This document shows positions 1 to 14,335 of a DNA stretch of 64,000 nt, piece by piece. Origin of the DNA: Octopus bimaculoides (lineage: Eukaryota); the NCBI RefSeq assembly GCF_001194135.2, contig NC_068982.1, positions 183,273,704 through 183,337,703 on the forward strand, in the 5' to 3' direction. The stretch's first letter is position 1, and the number at the start of each line of letters is the position of its first letter. A program made the translations under genes and the position numbers. The notes beneath the pieces are model-generated. The model saw nothing but the letters and a program-made list of their open reading frames with translations, had not been told where the DNA came from and made no database searches.

Positions 1-76
<76 letters not shown>

Positions 77-232
77 ATGAATTATTGAGTGGGTATTATA
101 TGCATTTTTGTACATGTGTATATAAACAGGAGAATTCTAAGCAGAGCAAATCTTGAAAGAAGGTTAGAGGGTACATAAAGTACACACACACACACACATA
201 CATATATACATATGGGGCATCCCCCATGTTAG

Positions 233-378
233 AGAAACCTTGTGGTGGCTAGAGATCTTGGCATAAACATGGAGTTTTGTAATTCAAAACCTATTTTACA
301 GCCAGTTTTTATGAGACAAGAACTATCAATAATCATGGAAATCAAAGAGGAAGTACATTTCACATTACAGAACTCCAT
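233..378 (+). CDS. Candidate exon RNLVVARDLGINMEFCNSKPILQPVFMRQELSIIMEIKEEVHFTLQNS(M)
   Basis: tag| acceptor at 230-232, open phase-0 frame, donor |gtatgt at 379 (or |gtgagt at 383). Phase-compatible with a 41-nt candidate exon at 876-916 (caatag|G ... CCA|gtgagt). No homology recognised. Confidence 0.2.
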
Positions 379-471
379 GTATGTGAGTGTGTGTTTGTGT
401 GTGTATGTCTGTGCGGATGTGTATGTGTGTGGACATACATAGATACATACATGCATGCATACATACATACA

Positions 472-531
<60 letters not shown>

Positions 532-573
532 CACACACACACACANNNNNNNNNNACACACACACACACACAC

Positions 574-604
<31 letters not shown>

Positions 605-1690
605 CAGAGATATATAATATAGATATAGTTATATAAACAAATACAGGCATATCAAATACCATACAACATAAATTCCTGATTTTGTAAGACTATTTCTGTC
701 TCTAGAGAAGATGTCATAACTATTAAATGGCATCTAAGAGTATCTCCATGTAAGAAGAGGAAATAATTTCAAGAAACGACAATTCTCCAAAGTCGACAAG
801 CTATAAAGGAACAGGATAAGCTTATTGTTTGGAGATCAGAGGACATTCGTGGACACATTGTTTCTGTCTCAATAGGTTTCATCAGCAGGACAATTATCCT
901 ACATGTTCAGTAACCAGTGAGTAAACGGCATGTCCCTGTTGGGGAACTTTTGATTCTTGATTTTTGAGATATCATCATTTCTCATATGGGACTGGTCTCA
1001 ATTGCTATTTGGCTATCGTGATATATCCTGTAGAGGTGGAGATAATTCTAAAAAATCAAGAATTTATGTTATATGGTATTTGATATGCTTAATATTTGTC
1101 TGTTTTGCTGAAATACATGCCCTCCTGGCTACTCGGAGTTATTTTTCTCAGCTCATTTTTGTTCTTGTGCCAAATATCATCACTTCTTATATAATTATCA
1201 TGTTTGTGTGTATGTGTGTAAAAATATGATTAAAGAACAAGAAAATAACAATATTTGGCACAAAAATGTAGGTAATTTGGGAGTGGCTAAATGGTTTAAT
1301 GAACTGAATTTGGCACTATTCTTGACTGGTGTTTATTTCATAACCCTTGATAAATCAAAGAGAAAAATGAACTCAAGCATGATTTGAACTTAGAATAGGC
1401 CACATCACAGATGGAAACATTATGATGTTGGTATAGCTTGTTTTAATATCTGGTTAAATTCAGCTAGAGATGATGTTTGCCCACATGTAACATATCATAA
1501 ACAAACAACAAAAGTGTACACACACACACACACACACACACAGGGATAAGCATGAAGTTCACTTCACAACAACATAGTTTTGTGTTCAATCCCACTGCGC
1601 AGCACTTTGAATTAACTATAGCCCCCAACTTCACATTGAGTAATGTCTTGTAGGTGACTTTGGTAGACAGAAACTGCAGGAAGCCTATCA

Positions 1691-1745
<55 letters not shown>

Positions 1746-2726
1746 CAGATGTATATAATTTTAAATGTGCCGATCACTTAAAGTGGAAGGAACTTGAGAA
1801 AGAGGGAGACTCAGGAAGACAGTGGACAAAGTATTGAGGGCCAATCTTAAGAGGAGATGACAGAGGACTGAGATATCTGAAGCCTTGCTGTGCTTTAGAG
1901 AACCTGTCCACCACAACAGAATTGATATCCTAAAACAACCTTCATAAATGCTTGTACGTGTGAAGATCTTCTTCACCTCCATTCTCAATACCCCATCAAG
2001 CTTGCCTTGTGTTTCATTCTTTACACTCAACATTTCTTTATCTCTGATGATATTCAACTACTATAATCACCTGAGAGCTGAATAGGCACACTCACACTTT
2101 GCCATGTTTTGCAAGGCACTTGGTGACCCAGCCAGTGCTGGTGCCCTGAAAAAGCACCCAGTACACTCTGTAAAGTGGTTGGCATTAAAAAGAGCATCCA
2201 GCCTTAGAATCCATGCCAAAACAGACAATAGAGTTTGGTTTAGCCCTCCAGTTTGCTAGCTCTTGTCAAACTGTCCAACACATGCCAGCATGGAAAGTGA
2301 ACATTAAATGATAATGATGATGATGATATGTATATAACATTATCCTTGTCACAATCATCATCATTTTAACAGCCGCTTTTCCATGCTTACAAGGGTCAAA
2401 CAAGAACACATTGAAGCAGAGTTTTTAAAAGCCTGATGTCTTTCCTAGTGTTAACCCTAACCTGTTTCCAGGCAAAGTAATGAAGTGATGACCCTTACTG
2501 TCTATCAAACAATGAACAACCCAGACAAGGTTATGTAGAGAAATGGGAACAAACAACATCATTTCAATGAGCCTTTTGTTTACAAAGATCATGCTACATG
2601 ACAAGACATGGCTAGAAGCCAGGATATGCAAACAAATGACACCATGTGAACAGTGAGGCCTTTGTTTGCAATCAACCAACACATGTGAAGACAAGGGAAG
2701 ATACTAATTCAGGCACACAAACACAG

Positions 2727-2814
<88 letters not shown>

Positions 2815-3293
2815 NNNNNNNNNNNNNNNNNNNNNNNNNNNNNNNNNNNNNNNNNNNNNNNNNNNNNNNNNNNNNNNNNNNNNNNNNNNNNNNNNNNNNN
2901 NNNNNNNNNNNNNNNNNNNNNNNNNNNNNNNNNNNNNNNNNNNNNNNNNNNNNNNNNNNNNNNNNNNNNNNNNNNNNNNNNNNNNNNNNNNNNNNNNNNN
3001 NNNNNNNNNNNNNNNNNNNNNNNNNNNNNNNNNNNNNNNNNNNNNNNNNNNNNNNNNNNNNNNNNNNNNNNNNNNNNNNNNNNNNNNNNNNNNNNNNNNN
3101 NNNNNNNNNNNNNNNNNNNNNNNNNNNNNNNNNNNNNNNNNNNNNNNNNNNNNNNNNNNNNNNNNNNNNNNNNNNNNNNNNNNNNNNNNNNNNNNNNNNN
3201 NNNNNNNNNNNNNNNNNNNNNNNNNNNNNNNNNNNNNNNNNNNNNNNNNNNNNNNNNNNNNNNNNNNNNNNNNNNNNNNNNNNNNNNNNNNNN

Positions 3294-3337
<44 letters not shown>

Positions 3338-3338
3338 A

Positions 3339-3370
<32 letters not shown>

Positions 3371-4289
3371 CACGTGAATGTGGATGGGTGAATGTTGATA
3401 TTCCACACTCGCCACCACTTGAGTGAAACATTGATATTGAAGACATTCTTTGCAGACATTATGACTGGTCACTTTGTGAATTTGAAGATGTCGGGAATAA
3501 AAAAAAAAAAAACATCCCTTACTTGAAAAACAGGTAAAGGTTGGTGACAGGTAAAGAAACCAGTTGTAAACTCCTGCTTCGATTAACTCACTGTCCAACC
3601 CATGCCAGCATGGAAAAATGGATGTTAAACAAATGAAGATATACATCCATACATACACCAATACACACACACATTAACACATGGAAACAAATACATATAT
3701 GCTATGGACATACAAATAAGATGGTGCTCTAACATAGCCTTGGCTACATACACACACATGCTAATGAGAGGGCCTCTAACTGATAACTCAACTTGCTAGA
3801 AATATCAGCCAAACCACACGCTTTAAAGAAAAATAACACATTCGTTAGTCAAGTTTGAGAGATACTATATCTGAATAAAACATGAGATGGTCATAGCTGA
3901 AACATCTTTAATCATAAGTCAGATGGATCTGCATTTACCTAGGACTAAACAACAACAAATACACACACACATATATTCCTATAAAAGTTGCTATGGTATG
4001 GCTGGCACCATATGACAGCCAGGGCTTCCACTTTGCTTCTTGCTAACCAAATTCCACTGACAAATCATTGACCAAACCAAAAGCTACAGTGAAAGACGTT
4101 AGCCCACTTTTTGGGCTAATGGTTTTGTACAATAGAGTGTCTGTGCAATGGTAATAAGGAAATAAGGATAATGTGCTGGTAGTATTGGCAGTGTTGGTGT
4201 TGTTTATGACGATGATGATGATGACAAAAACAACAATGGTGATGACAATCATGACAACAAATGTAACAAGGATGATGGCAAGTGGCCCT

Positions 4290-4705
4290 CCTGGAAACTT
4301 CAGAAACGTGCAACAAAGCAAATACCCGCCAACAGACATCTACCACACTCTGAATGTCTTGCTTCCCTGGGAATGGATACATTGAAGCTCAGACATCTGG
4401 CAACTGACTTGGTAGACAACCACAAGACTATCCACCATCTTTCCAACAATAAGCTTGGGCACCTTTTTGAATTCCATATGACAAACACTCTTGGACATGC
4501 TTATAAAATCAAAAAACAACACAGCACCCAGGACTTTTGGAAAAACTTTTTCACACTCAGAATTGCTGAAGCATGGAATAAACTACCCACATCACTTAGC
4601 AGTCGAGACACTACATCCTTGAAAACTCCCATGCTTCCTGAAATCCACCAACAGTACACCTGATGGCCTTTTTTTTTTTTTAAGTTGTAGTGCACCTGAG
4701 CACTG
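4290..4705 (+). mobile_element. CR1/L2-clade LINE 3' fragment (RT C-terminus and 3' UTR)
   Basis: Frame from 4301 reads QKRATKQIPANRHLPHSECLASLGMDTLKLRHLATDL...LGHAYKIKKQHSTQDFWKNFFTLRIAEAWNKLP. This matches the CR1/L2 tail pattern QRRATK..L....Y..RL..L.L..L..RR..DL...RGH..KL.....FF..R....WN.LP. Confidence 0.85.
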
Positions 4706-4874
4706 TACACAACAATTTCCTTCATTATATATCTTTATATTATGGTCAGCAAAAAAAACAAAGATTCATACAAGATTTTTAAAATCTCCCATTTGCAATA
4801 TCTTGTCCATTTTTTGCCATAGAAACAGTAAAAACAACGACAACAGTCCCTCTTTATCCATGAGCCTGGAAGGG

Positions 4875-5140
4875 AAGAATTAACATAGACTAATGTTATG
4901 GATGTAACAGAAGGTGAATTAACAGAGATTAGTATTATGGATATGGTAGAGGAAGATTAATAGAGATTTGTGTTATGCATGTGGTAGAATGGGATTAATA
5001 GAGGTTAATGTTATGAATGTGTAGAAAAGTATTAATAGAGCTAAGTGCATGAATGTGGTAGAATGAGGGGGTAACAGAGATTTGTATCATGAATGTGGTA
5101 GAATGAGATTAAGAGATGAGTGTTATGAATTTGGTAAAAG
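4875..5140. repeat. Minisatellite, about 37-38-bp unit, about 7 copies
   Basis: Repeating attaa(t/c)agag...tgttatg(a/g)atgtggtaga. Confidence 0.75.
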
Positions 5141-5897
5141 GAAATCCCAACACCTGGCCCTCAGTGATGGGACAACTAAAGCCTTTCAGTCCTATAGTGA
5201 TGTACCATAAATCTGTTTTCCTCTCTCTACTACACTGTGTACATGAACTGTAGGAGGGTCAATGATTGGGACCTTTACATAACTGGTGCTATAGATAGTC
5301 AGTTTGATGGTCAGATAGAATTCTTGCTGCAGATTGAAAGGAAAAAAACATGGGCTTAATGAAAATTCTACATAAGTTGAAATGTGGTGGAGGAGAAATA
5401 GGTAGGTTTGGAAATGGCTAGTTCATAGCATGCTAGTTGAAAGAAGCAGGAACAGTTTTAGTAGTAGTGGTAGAAGAAAACAGATGAGGATACAGTATGT
5501 TAGTGTACAGGATGTAGATGTACACTAATATATTCTCCAACCAAGCAGATGGATTGTGTCAGATCCAAAATGTAGGAACAAAACTCTAATCTGGATTACA
5601 CCTGTATCTCTTACAGAGAAGGGCCAGCAGCTACCTGAAGAATTCCATGATCCTAATAAGAAACCCTAATTGTCAAGTGCAGTTTAGGCTATTTTATAAC
5701 AATGTAGTGACCATGAGGGATCATCAAAGAATACAAAGATCAGTTGTTTGATAGTTGTTGTTATTTAACCACAGGTTAACCCATGTTGAACAGACACATA
5801 ATCTAAGGTAATTTAGCAATGACCATCTCATTTTTTTTTTCTATGTCCAATAATATCTTATTCAACAGGTCCTTCATTTTTTTTCTTTTTATGATTA

Positions 5898-6313
5898 TAG
5901 GTGCAGGCATGGCTGTGCAGTTAGAAGCTTGTTTCCCAACCACGTGGTTTTGGGTTCAGTCCCACTGGATGGCACCCTGGGCGAGTGTCTGCTAGTATAG
6001 CCTCGGACTGACCAAACCCTTGTGAGTGAATTTGGTAGATGGAAACTAAAAGAAGCTTGTCGTGTATGTGTGTGTGTGTGTTTATGTATGTGTGTCTTTG
6101 TGCCAGTGTTTGTCCTCCCACCATCGCTTGACAACTAATGTTGGTGTGTTTATGTGCCCATAACCTAGCGGTTCAACAAAAGAGACTGATAGAATAAGTA
6201 CTAAGATTACAAAGAATAAGTCCTGGGGTTGATTTCTTTGACTAAAACCCTTTAAGGTGGTGCTCCAGCATGGCCACAGTCAAATGACTGAAACAAGTAA
6301 AAGAATAAAAGAA
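5898..6313 (+). mobile_element. Full-length CORE-type tRNA SINE (family A, OR-like) with internal (GT)n
   Basis: Head gcaggcatggctgtgcagttagaagc...ggttcagtcccactg, CORE-like ggcaccctgggcgagtgtct, tail ...atgactgaaacaagtaaaagaataaaagaa. Many further copies in the window. Confidence 0.85.
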
Positions 6314-6884
6314 CAACAATACAATTGAGGGAGATCTAGCTATTGTTTCTTGTAGGCTTCTCTTATTTATGAAGGTATTAGCTGTGATGTTGACACTAAA
6401 TTGCCTTAGAAGTTTGTTTCCTTAAAAAAAAAAAAGAAACCATTGAATCTTGAAACTATGAAAGGCGGAGGATAGGTTGTCATGTACGGAGAGGTAATGG
6501 GTTTATAAGAGATGAGGACATCAAACTGATGATGGACAGCTGGATTTATGAGCTGCTCAGTCCAAGACAAATACTTCTCATTATAATTCAATTAACTTAC
6601 TGATGTCTTTACAAACAACATCAAGCCATTCTTATAATGCTCATATCATTTAGATAATTAACTAATAAACACAATTTCATATTAAATATAGCTATTTATC
6701 TGTCTGTGTATGCATGTCACTCTCCGTTCATCTATGTGTCTATATATACATATACACACACAGATATGCGTATATATATTACAAACACACACACAGATAT
6801 GCGTATATATTACAAACACACACACATCTATGATAAGGTCTGAACATCATGTGTAATTACAACAAACAAATATAGATTTATATT

Positions 6885-6915
<31 letters not shown>

Positions 6916-7153
6916 GCGTGTGTGTTATAAATGTACAAACTCAAGAAAAAGATACCCGGCAATTATAGGGATGTTATTCATGTATTCAAATCTAAAGCTT
7001 TCTTCTGAATGAAGCTTCAGCTTTGAACAAATGGTTATTTACACAGACACATACACACAGATATATGCATATGTATGTATACATACATACACATATGTAT
7101 ACATACATATGCATATATATATACATATATATGCACATGTATGTATGTATGTG

Positions 7154-7187
<34 letters not shown>

Positions 7188-8134
7188 NNNNNNNNNNNNN
7201 NNNNNNNNNNNNNNNNNNNNNNNNNNNNNNNNNNNNNNNNNNNNNNNNNNNNNNNNNNNNNNNNNNNNNNNNNNNNNNNNNNNNNNNNNNNNNNNNNNNN
7301 NNNNNNNNNNNNNNNNNNNNNNNNNNNNNNNNNNNNNNNNNNNNNNNNNNNNNNNNNNNNNNNNNNNNNNNNNNNNNNNNNNNNNNNNNNNNNNNNNNNN
7401 NNNNNNNNNNNNNNNNNNNNNNNNNNNNNNNNNNNNNNNNNNNNNNNNNNNNNNNNNNNNNNNNNNNNNNNNNNNNNNNNNNNNNNNNNNNNNNNNNNNN
7501 NNNNNNNNNNNNNNNNNNNNNNNNNNNNNNNNNNNNNNNNNNNNNNNNNNNNNNNNNNNNNNNNNNNNNNNNNNNNNNNNNNNNNNNNNNNNNNNNNNNN
7601 NNNNNNNNNNNNNNNNNNNNNNNNNNNNNNNNNNNNNNNNNNNNNNNNNNNNNNNNNNNNNNNNNNNNNNNNNNNNNNNNNNNNNNNNNNNNNNNNNNNN
7701 NNNNNNNNNNNNNNNNNNNNNNNNNNNNNNNNNNNNNNNNNNNNNNNNNNNNNNNNNNNNNNNNNNNNNNNNNNNNNNNNNNNNNNNNNNNNNNNNNNNN
7801 NNNNNNNNNNNNNNNNNNNNNNNNNNNNNNNNNNNNNNNNNNNNNNNNNNNNNNNNNNNNNNNNNNNNNNNNNNNNNNNNNNNNNNNNNNNNNNNNNNNN
7901 NNNNNNNNNNNNNNNNNNNNNNNNNNNNNNNNNNNNNNNNNNNNNNNNNNNNNNNNNNNNNNNNNNNNNNNNNNNNNNNNNNNNNNNNNNNNNNNNNNNN
8001 NNNNNNNNNNNNNNNNNNNNNNNNNNNNNNNNNNNNNNNNNNNNNNNNNNNNNNNNNNNNNNNNNNNNNNNNNNNNNNNNNNNNNNNNNNNNNNNNNNNN
8101 NNNNNNNNNNNNNNNNNNNNNNNNNNNNNNNNNN

Positions 8135-8173
<39 letters not shown>

Positions 8174-8867
8174 TATAAATATATACATACATACATATAT
8201 ATATATATACACACACAGACACACACACACATACACACGTAGACGTGTGTATGTGTGTGAGCGTAGATGTGTGCATAATACTTAATATAACAACCATAGT
8301 ATAAAATGTCAACAACAACAGCAATAAACCAAACAGCCATAACAATCAAATTAGCCAAATTAGTGGTTGTCAGGGCTGAATAATTACTTGTTAATTAATC
8401 AATAACGATATGTGTTTTGATGAATGTAGTGGTGACGCTGGAGCTATAGATGGTAGCGGCGATGGTGCTGCTGCTCATTCTGGTGGATGTTATGATAGTA
8501 ATGGTGGTGGTGATGGTGGTAGTTAGTCTAATATAAAGCACCACCACTTCCACTGCTATTAGTGTATTAGTCATAGAACTAAATTATATAACAGGCATGT
8601 TGGTTGGCTGGTTGGTTGGTTGATTTAGGCTCATGTCAACCCTGACTAAATAGATTTATGACCAAATTCTTTCCAGCCTTGATTATCTCAGCTTAATTGA
8701 CCTCTTTTTTCTTTTTTTTTTTTAGAGATAGACGCAGGGTACAATTTGAGGAGCTGTGGCTGTCATTTCTAGCTGGTGGGTCATATGACCCTGTAGAAGC
8801 AAGGTGATTGGATCAGGCACCTGATGTCTTTGCTGCTGCTGCAGTAGGAGTAGAAGTAGAAGTAGTA

Positions 8868-8934
<67 letters not shown>

Positions 8935-8938
<4 letters not shown>

Positions 8939-9190
8939 TCCACATTACTCCTTAAGGAGCACAAGGCCAGTTCCCTGGTTTCTCTGGTGTATATACTCCT
9001 CCCTGGATGGATGCTGGTCCCTTGCAGAATTACCAGAATTACTCATTTTTACCAGTTGAGGTAACTGGAGCAAACATGAAATGCAGTGTTTTTTACTCAA
9101 GAGCACAACACATTACCCAATTCAAGAATCCAAACCACAATCTTACAATCATGAGTCCAAGACCCTAACCACTAAGACATGTACCTCCAC
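8935..9190 (-). mobile_element. Degraded tRNA-derived SINE with V-domain-like centre and (CTA)n tail
   Basis: Minus strand has a tRNA-like head (gtcttagtggttagggtcttggactcatga) and central ggaccagcatccatccagggagg resembling the GACTGGCRYCCYGTCCAGGG motif of V-type SINEs. It ends at the (GTA)n tract 8844-8938. Confidence 0.5.
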
Positions 9191-9670
9191 TAGTAGTAGC
9201 AGTTCACAGTATTATGTATGCTTCCATAGATACCCATATCTAAAACCCACTGGATTCCTTCTTTTCTGTTCCAATACAATTTTTACCCAATATGTCACCT
9301 CTTACTAACACACAAACCACACATACTATTCTTCGGATATAAATCTCTCACCTCTTATCTATACGTAGTCTATTTCTGCCATCCTTCAAGTTTCTCTGGT
9401 TTAAAGCCTCCTTCTGCCCCCTCCAAATTGTTTCCTCAATTTTTCTCCAAACTCCTCCTACCACCTGCAACACTTTAACTCTATTTCTTCCTGCATCAAC
9501 AAAATCTTCATCAATCCACTTCTCTCTAGTGTTGCCATTCTTAGTGACTTAACACTTGCAACTCTTCTTGACACTCACACTGTCTCATATTGATGCCACT
9601 CATGCAAAAACCAAATATTTTTAATATCCGCAAATTTCTACATCAATTAATTTCATCTCATATTCATAAC

Positions 9671-10072
9671 TAGGGCTGGATTAAGACCCCCGTAGGGGCC
9701 CTAAGCACTTAAAAGGTGTTGATGTCCCCATATGAATGTAATTGAAAATATAAACAATAATACACCATAAGATAAATTTTTACTTTTCAAAATCAAACAA
9801 AACTAACAGTAAGCTGGAAAATGTTTATTTTTTGTATACTTCCATTTTATTTATATTTGAAAATTTTTCTCCTACTTTTTTAATTGCAAAGTCTTAGTTC
9901 AAATTCTCACTATGAAACCATGAACACTTCAAAGTTATATTTCCGGTCATATAAACCACTTTAAATATCATTTTAGCAAGTTTAAAGTGATTTCTTTTGT
10001 GTTGTAAACCATTTACCATTTCTGCAGTGCTTCCATTCCCTTGATCCCCTAAGCATGGTTAATCCAGCACTG
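9671..10072 (-). mobile_element. Non-autonomous hAT DNA transposon (402-bp internal-deletion derivative)
   Basis: TIRs TAGGGCTGGATTAA and (reverse complement) CAGTGCTGGATTAA match at 12/14. Exact 8-bp TSD TTCATAAC at 9663-9670 and 10073-10080. Internal minus-strand remnant DFAIKK(S)RRKIF resembles the hAT transposase C-terminal FA..K.RK..F motif. Confidence 0.85.
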
Positions 10073-10887
10073 TTCATAACCATGACCAAAAATCACATAC
10101 TTCAAACACCCATGATCTCTTTCTCACCACCAAACCCAACCCTAACAATTTATAACAATCTCTACATTATCCAATTGCTGCCTGTTTGTGACCACCCATC
10201 ACATACTACACAATGCCTCTTCCCACCTCTCGAGCTATGTAGCTCTTCATGTTGCTATCCTTGCTGCACAGGTCTAACCCATCAAAACTGCTAGATGAGT
10301 AAGTGAAACATACCACACACTTCAAAAACTCACAACCACAAAATCTCAAATGGTTCACTTACAACTGTAGTACAGAATTTTGGGCAAAATACAAGGCCTA
10401 CAGCACTTGGAGGAAATCATCCACCCCTACAACTGCAAAGGATATCTCAAAGCATCATGAAGCCCTTAAGCTTTCCCAGCTTCCAGACTGCAATCAATCC
10501 TTTTTGTCTTTTACTAAAATGATCCTTACCAACTTTGTGAATCCTTCATTCCTTACTCTTCTCAACCACAATAGTTTTATTGCATAGTCTTCCAGTGGAG
10601 AATACCTCTAAATTTACTGCCAACTTTATATCCAACTTCACACATCACACAGCTCATACTAGCTAAATCTTCAAAATTATCCATCTCCATTCTGCATGGC
10701 TTACGACAATGCAGTTGTGGTGGTTGATGTGGAATTGGTGATAGTAATAGTGGTGATTGGGGACATGATGGTAGTAGTGGTGTGCTGGACAGTAAAGAGA
10801 TGAAATATAAATATCACCTCAACACAATCATATCATCTTATTCTAAACGGGAAGATTTATAATCAAAATATGATCATTGTATCGAAA

Positions 10888-11060
10888 GACGTTTATTGCA
10901 TATAAATATGTTTATTGACTGCAAACAGGTTTATTGCATGTGGACATGTTTAGTACATGAAACATGTATCTTGGACCTAAACACGTTTATTGTACATAAA
11001 CTTATTTACTGCATATAACATGTTTATAGTATGTCAACACATTTCATGTATGCACACATT
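10888..11060. repeat. Diverged minisatellite, about 18-19-bp unit
   Basis: Repeating (at)gtttattgca..taaac. Confidence 0.65.
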
Positions 11061-13429
11061 CTTAATATAAGTAAACATGGACATCGTATATACAGTTATA
11101 ATCATTTGGACTAATTAGTCTCATTTTGAGAAATAAGTGTTTCACTATTTATATCTACCCCATTTTTAGTTGGTCTAATATCCAGTTGTCATCAGGTACT
11201 TTATTCTTGGATGTGCCAATGAGATAAGAGTGGATTTGAACAAGGAGGCTACATTTTTAAACCAAGAGTATTTATGCTCTTAGCCACCTGACAACTGATT
11301 TGTATATATATATATGTATATATATATATATAACAGAAGTGATGTAGGATGTATTAATGATGGCAGGGGTGGCATTATTCTACTATCACTTGTCTAGCCT
11401 GAGTTCAACCCTGAAGGAGCACATGAGCACACCCATGATCAATGCTAAGCCAGCCATGACCACCCCTTCATTTTCCTATGCACAGAGAAGCCAAGACCAC
11501 ATATTTCTTTTCAAGGCAAGATAAACTGCCAGGAAAAAAAACAAAAAGATGAAGCAGTCATAGCTGGAATCCTTTTGATTATAGATCAGTTTTAGCTGTT
11601 TACCAAGTATTAGACCACAACATCTCAATGGCTGGAGAAATATAAAGAAGGTATGCAAGTGCTGATTCAATAGATTTATATACCCATCAGACACATGTTC
11701 CTCTTGGAGCAAGCTGTCTTGGAGTCATAGCTGTCCTATACATCAGTCCAACAAAGATGAGAAAACCAGAATAAATGTTGTACAATAAGAAATGAGTTCT
11801 GTTTTAGGATACAGGTTTCACTATAAGAGAACATGACTCAAATTTCAATAGTTTCCTTTCTTAATATCACCTTAAACTTAGAACGATAAAAACTTCAGCT
11901 TACTTGGAACGAAAATAAGCCAAGGGAATCACTGTATGTTCACTCCACATGCCAGAAATAGCAATCAAGTCTCCCTTTAATCATGTTCTATGGTCTTAAA
12001 AAAATGAATCATCTTCATCATCATAGTTTTTAATGTCCACTTTTCCATGCTTGTATAGGATGATGGAGTTTACTGAGGCAGATTTTCTTTGGTTAAATGT
12101 CTTACCTGTAACTAACCCTCACCCATTTCCAAACAAGGTGATATTTCCCCACGGCTAGACATGTTTCTACAGAATATTGGCAATGAACGTCACTGCTTAT
12201 ATGACAGTGGCACTCATTTACAATGATTACACAATGTCAAACCAAAGAGGCACAAAAGATACACACACACACACACACATACATACATACATACATACAT
12301 CTGTATATTATATGTATGTATGTACACTCACACACATGCATATACATACACAATGAGCTTCTTTTAGTTTCCATCTACCAAATCCACTCAGCTAGCAGCC
12401 ATAGTTAAAGACACTTGCCTAAAGTACCTTGCAATGGGAGTGAACCTAAAACCGAATGGTTAGGAAGCAACTTCTCAGCTACACAGTCACACCTGTCTCT
12501 ATCATAACTCATAAATCTGACAAATATAAGATAGAAATAGTCAAGGATAGAATGCCCTGGATCAGAGCTTTGTTTGATCAGAACTCCCCTGGGCTAAACA
12601 ACAACAACAGCAAGTTTCTCTTCTCCAGTGTCATGGTTCAATATCCAGCAGCAGTTACAATAGTATAATCGTTTACTTTTTCCAATTATGTCTACTTACC
12701 TAACGCAGGGATCAACAACTTTTTTTTTTTTTTGTGGTATCCCACTTTTGAATTTTTTGTATGGTTGCTCATGGCTCACATGTATATTACGCTCTTTTAT
12801 CTTTTATCCGTTTCAGTCATAGAACTACAGCCATGCTGGAGCAGAGCCTTGAAGAGTTTTTTTAAGGCACACAAGTCAATCCTAGTGCTTATTTTCAAAG
12901 TCAGGTACTGATTCTATCAGTCTTTTGCCAAACTGCTAATTTATGAGGCCATAAACAAACCAGCACCAGTTGGCAAGTAGTAAGTGGGGAGAGGGATACA
13001 AAAACAAAGGCATACACATACACATACAGGGTGGTTTAAAAGACCATTTTAAATTATAATAACTTTGAAATGGTCAAATGACTTTTGAGTCAACTCTATA
13101 TATATATGTGTCATCATCATCATCGTTTAATGTCCGTTTTCCATGCTGGCATGGGTTGGAGGGTTTGACTGGGGACTTGCAATTCAAGAGGCTGTACCGG
13201 GCTCCAATCTGACCTGGCAAGGTTTCTACAGCTGGATGCCCTTCCTAATGCCAACCACTCCAAGAGTGTAGTGGGTACTTTTTATGTGCCACCGGCACAG
13301 GAGCCAGTCAGGTGGCACTGGCATCAACCACATTCAGATGGTGCTTTTTACATGCCACAGGCACAGGAGCCAGTCCAGGCAGGGGGCTGGCATTGACCAC
13401 ATTCGGATGGTGCTTTTTATGTGAATTGA

Positions 13430-14335
13430 TTATACAAACTGGAATTGGTTTAACTACATAGATGTAGTCTAAATGCAGAAACAAGATTCATCTAACAACA
13501 CATATTGGATTTGTTCTAACTATAGACATAAGATTATTCTAATTCATAGATTTGAGTTGTCTAACTACACAAGCCAGCTTGTTCTAACTGCATAAACTGG
13601 ATTGATCTACTTGTACACACTAGATTGATCTAATAATACACAAACAAGTGAGGTCTAACTACATCAACTGATAGATCTAATTATACATAATGAGTCTATC
13701 TTTACTAATATTATGGGTTTGGTCAAACCTTACAGGCTATGCTGAATGATTTCACTACATTTATTGAATTAGTCCAATGACCATACAGACTGGATCTGTT
13801 CTAACTACATGAATGGGTTGCTCTGATTATACAGACTACATTGGTCTAACTATTCAAATTAAACTGGTCTATATAGATAGGATTGGTTTAAATAGATAGA
13901 CTGAATTAGTCTAACTATACAAATGGGATTGATCTAACTATACAGAATGGACTAGTCTAATTATATGGAATAGATTTGTCAATGTACACGGGATTGGTTA
14001 AACTATACAGACTAGGTTGATTTAAATACATTGCTTAGAATGGTCTAACTATACAAACTGTATTGATTTACCATTGAGACTGGACTGGTCTAACTGCACA
14101 GACGGGTTTGGACAGACTATCCAGATTGGATTTGTCTAACTACATACTTGGGATTGGTCTAATGATACAGACTAGATTGGTTTAATTAAATAGAATTACA
14201 AGTTGTAACCACATGGACTGTGTATGTCTAAACAGACATAAGACTGATCTAATAATCTGTGTTGAATATGTCTAAATATGTGAGGCAGGTCTAACTACAG
14301 GTTAGTTTGATCTAACAGTGCATAGATTGATTACA
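13430..14335. repeat. Diverged minisatellite, about 23-bp unit (consensus near GGATTGGTCTAACTATACAGACT), about 40 copies
   Basis: Recurrent tctaacta(t/c)ac core at 23-nt spacing, e.g. tctaactatacaaatgggattga / tctaactatacagaatggactag / tctaattatatggaatagatttg. Confidence 0.85.

Noticed and set aside
13430-14335. CRISPR-like array
   Set aside because: Contiguous diverged tandem units with no unique spacers, no cas genes, and a eukaryotic context.
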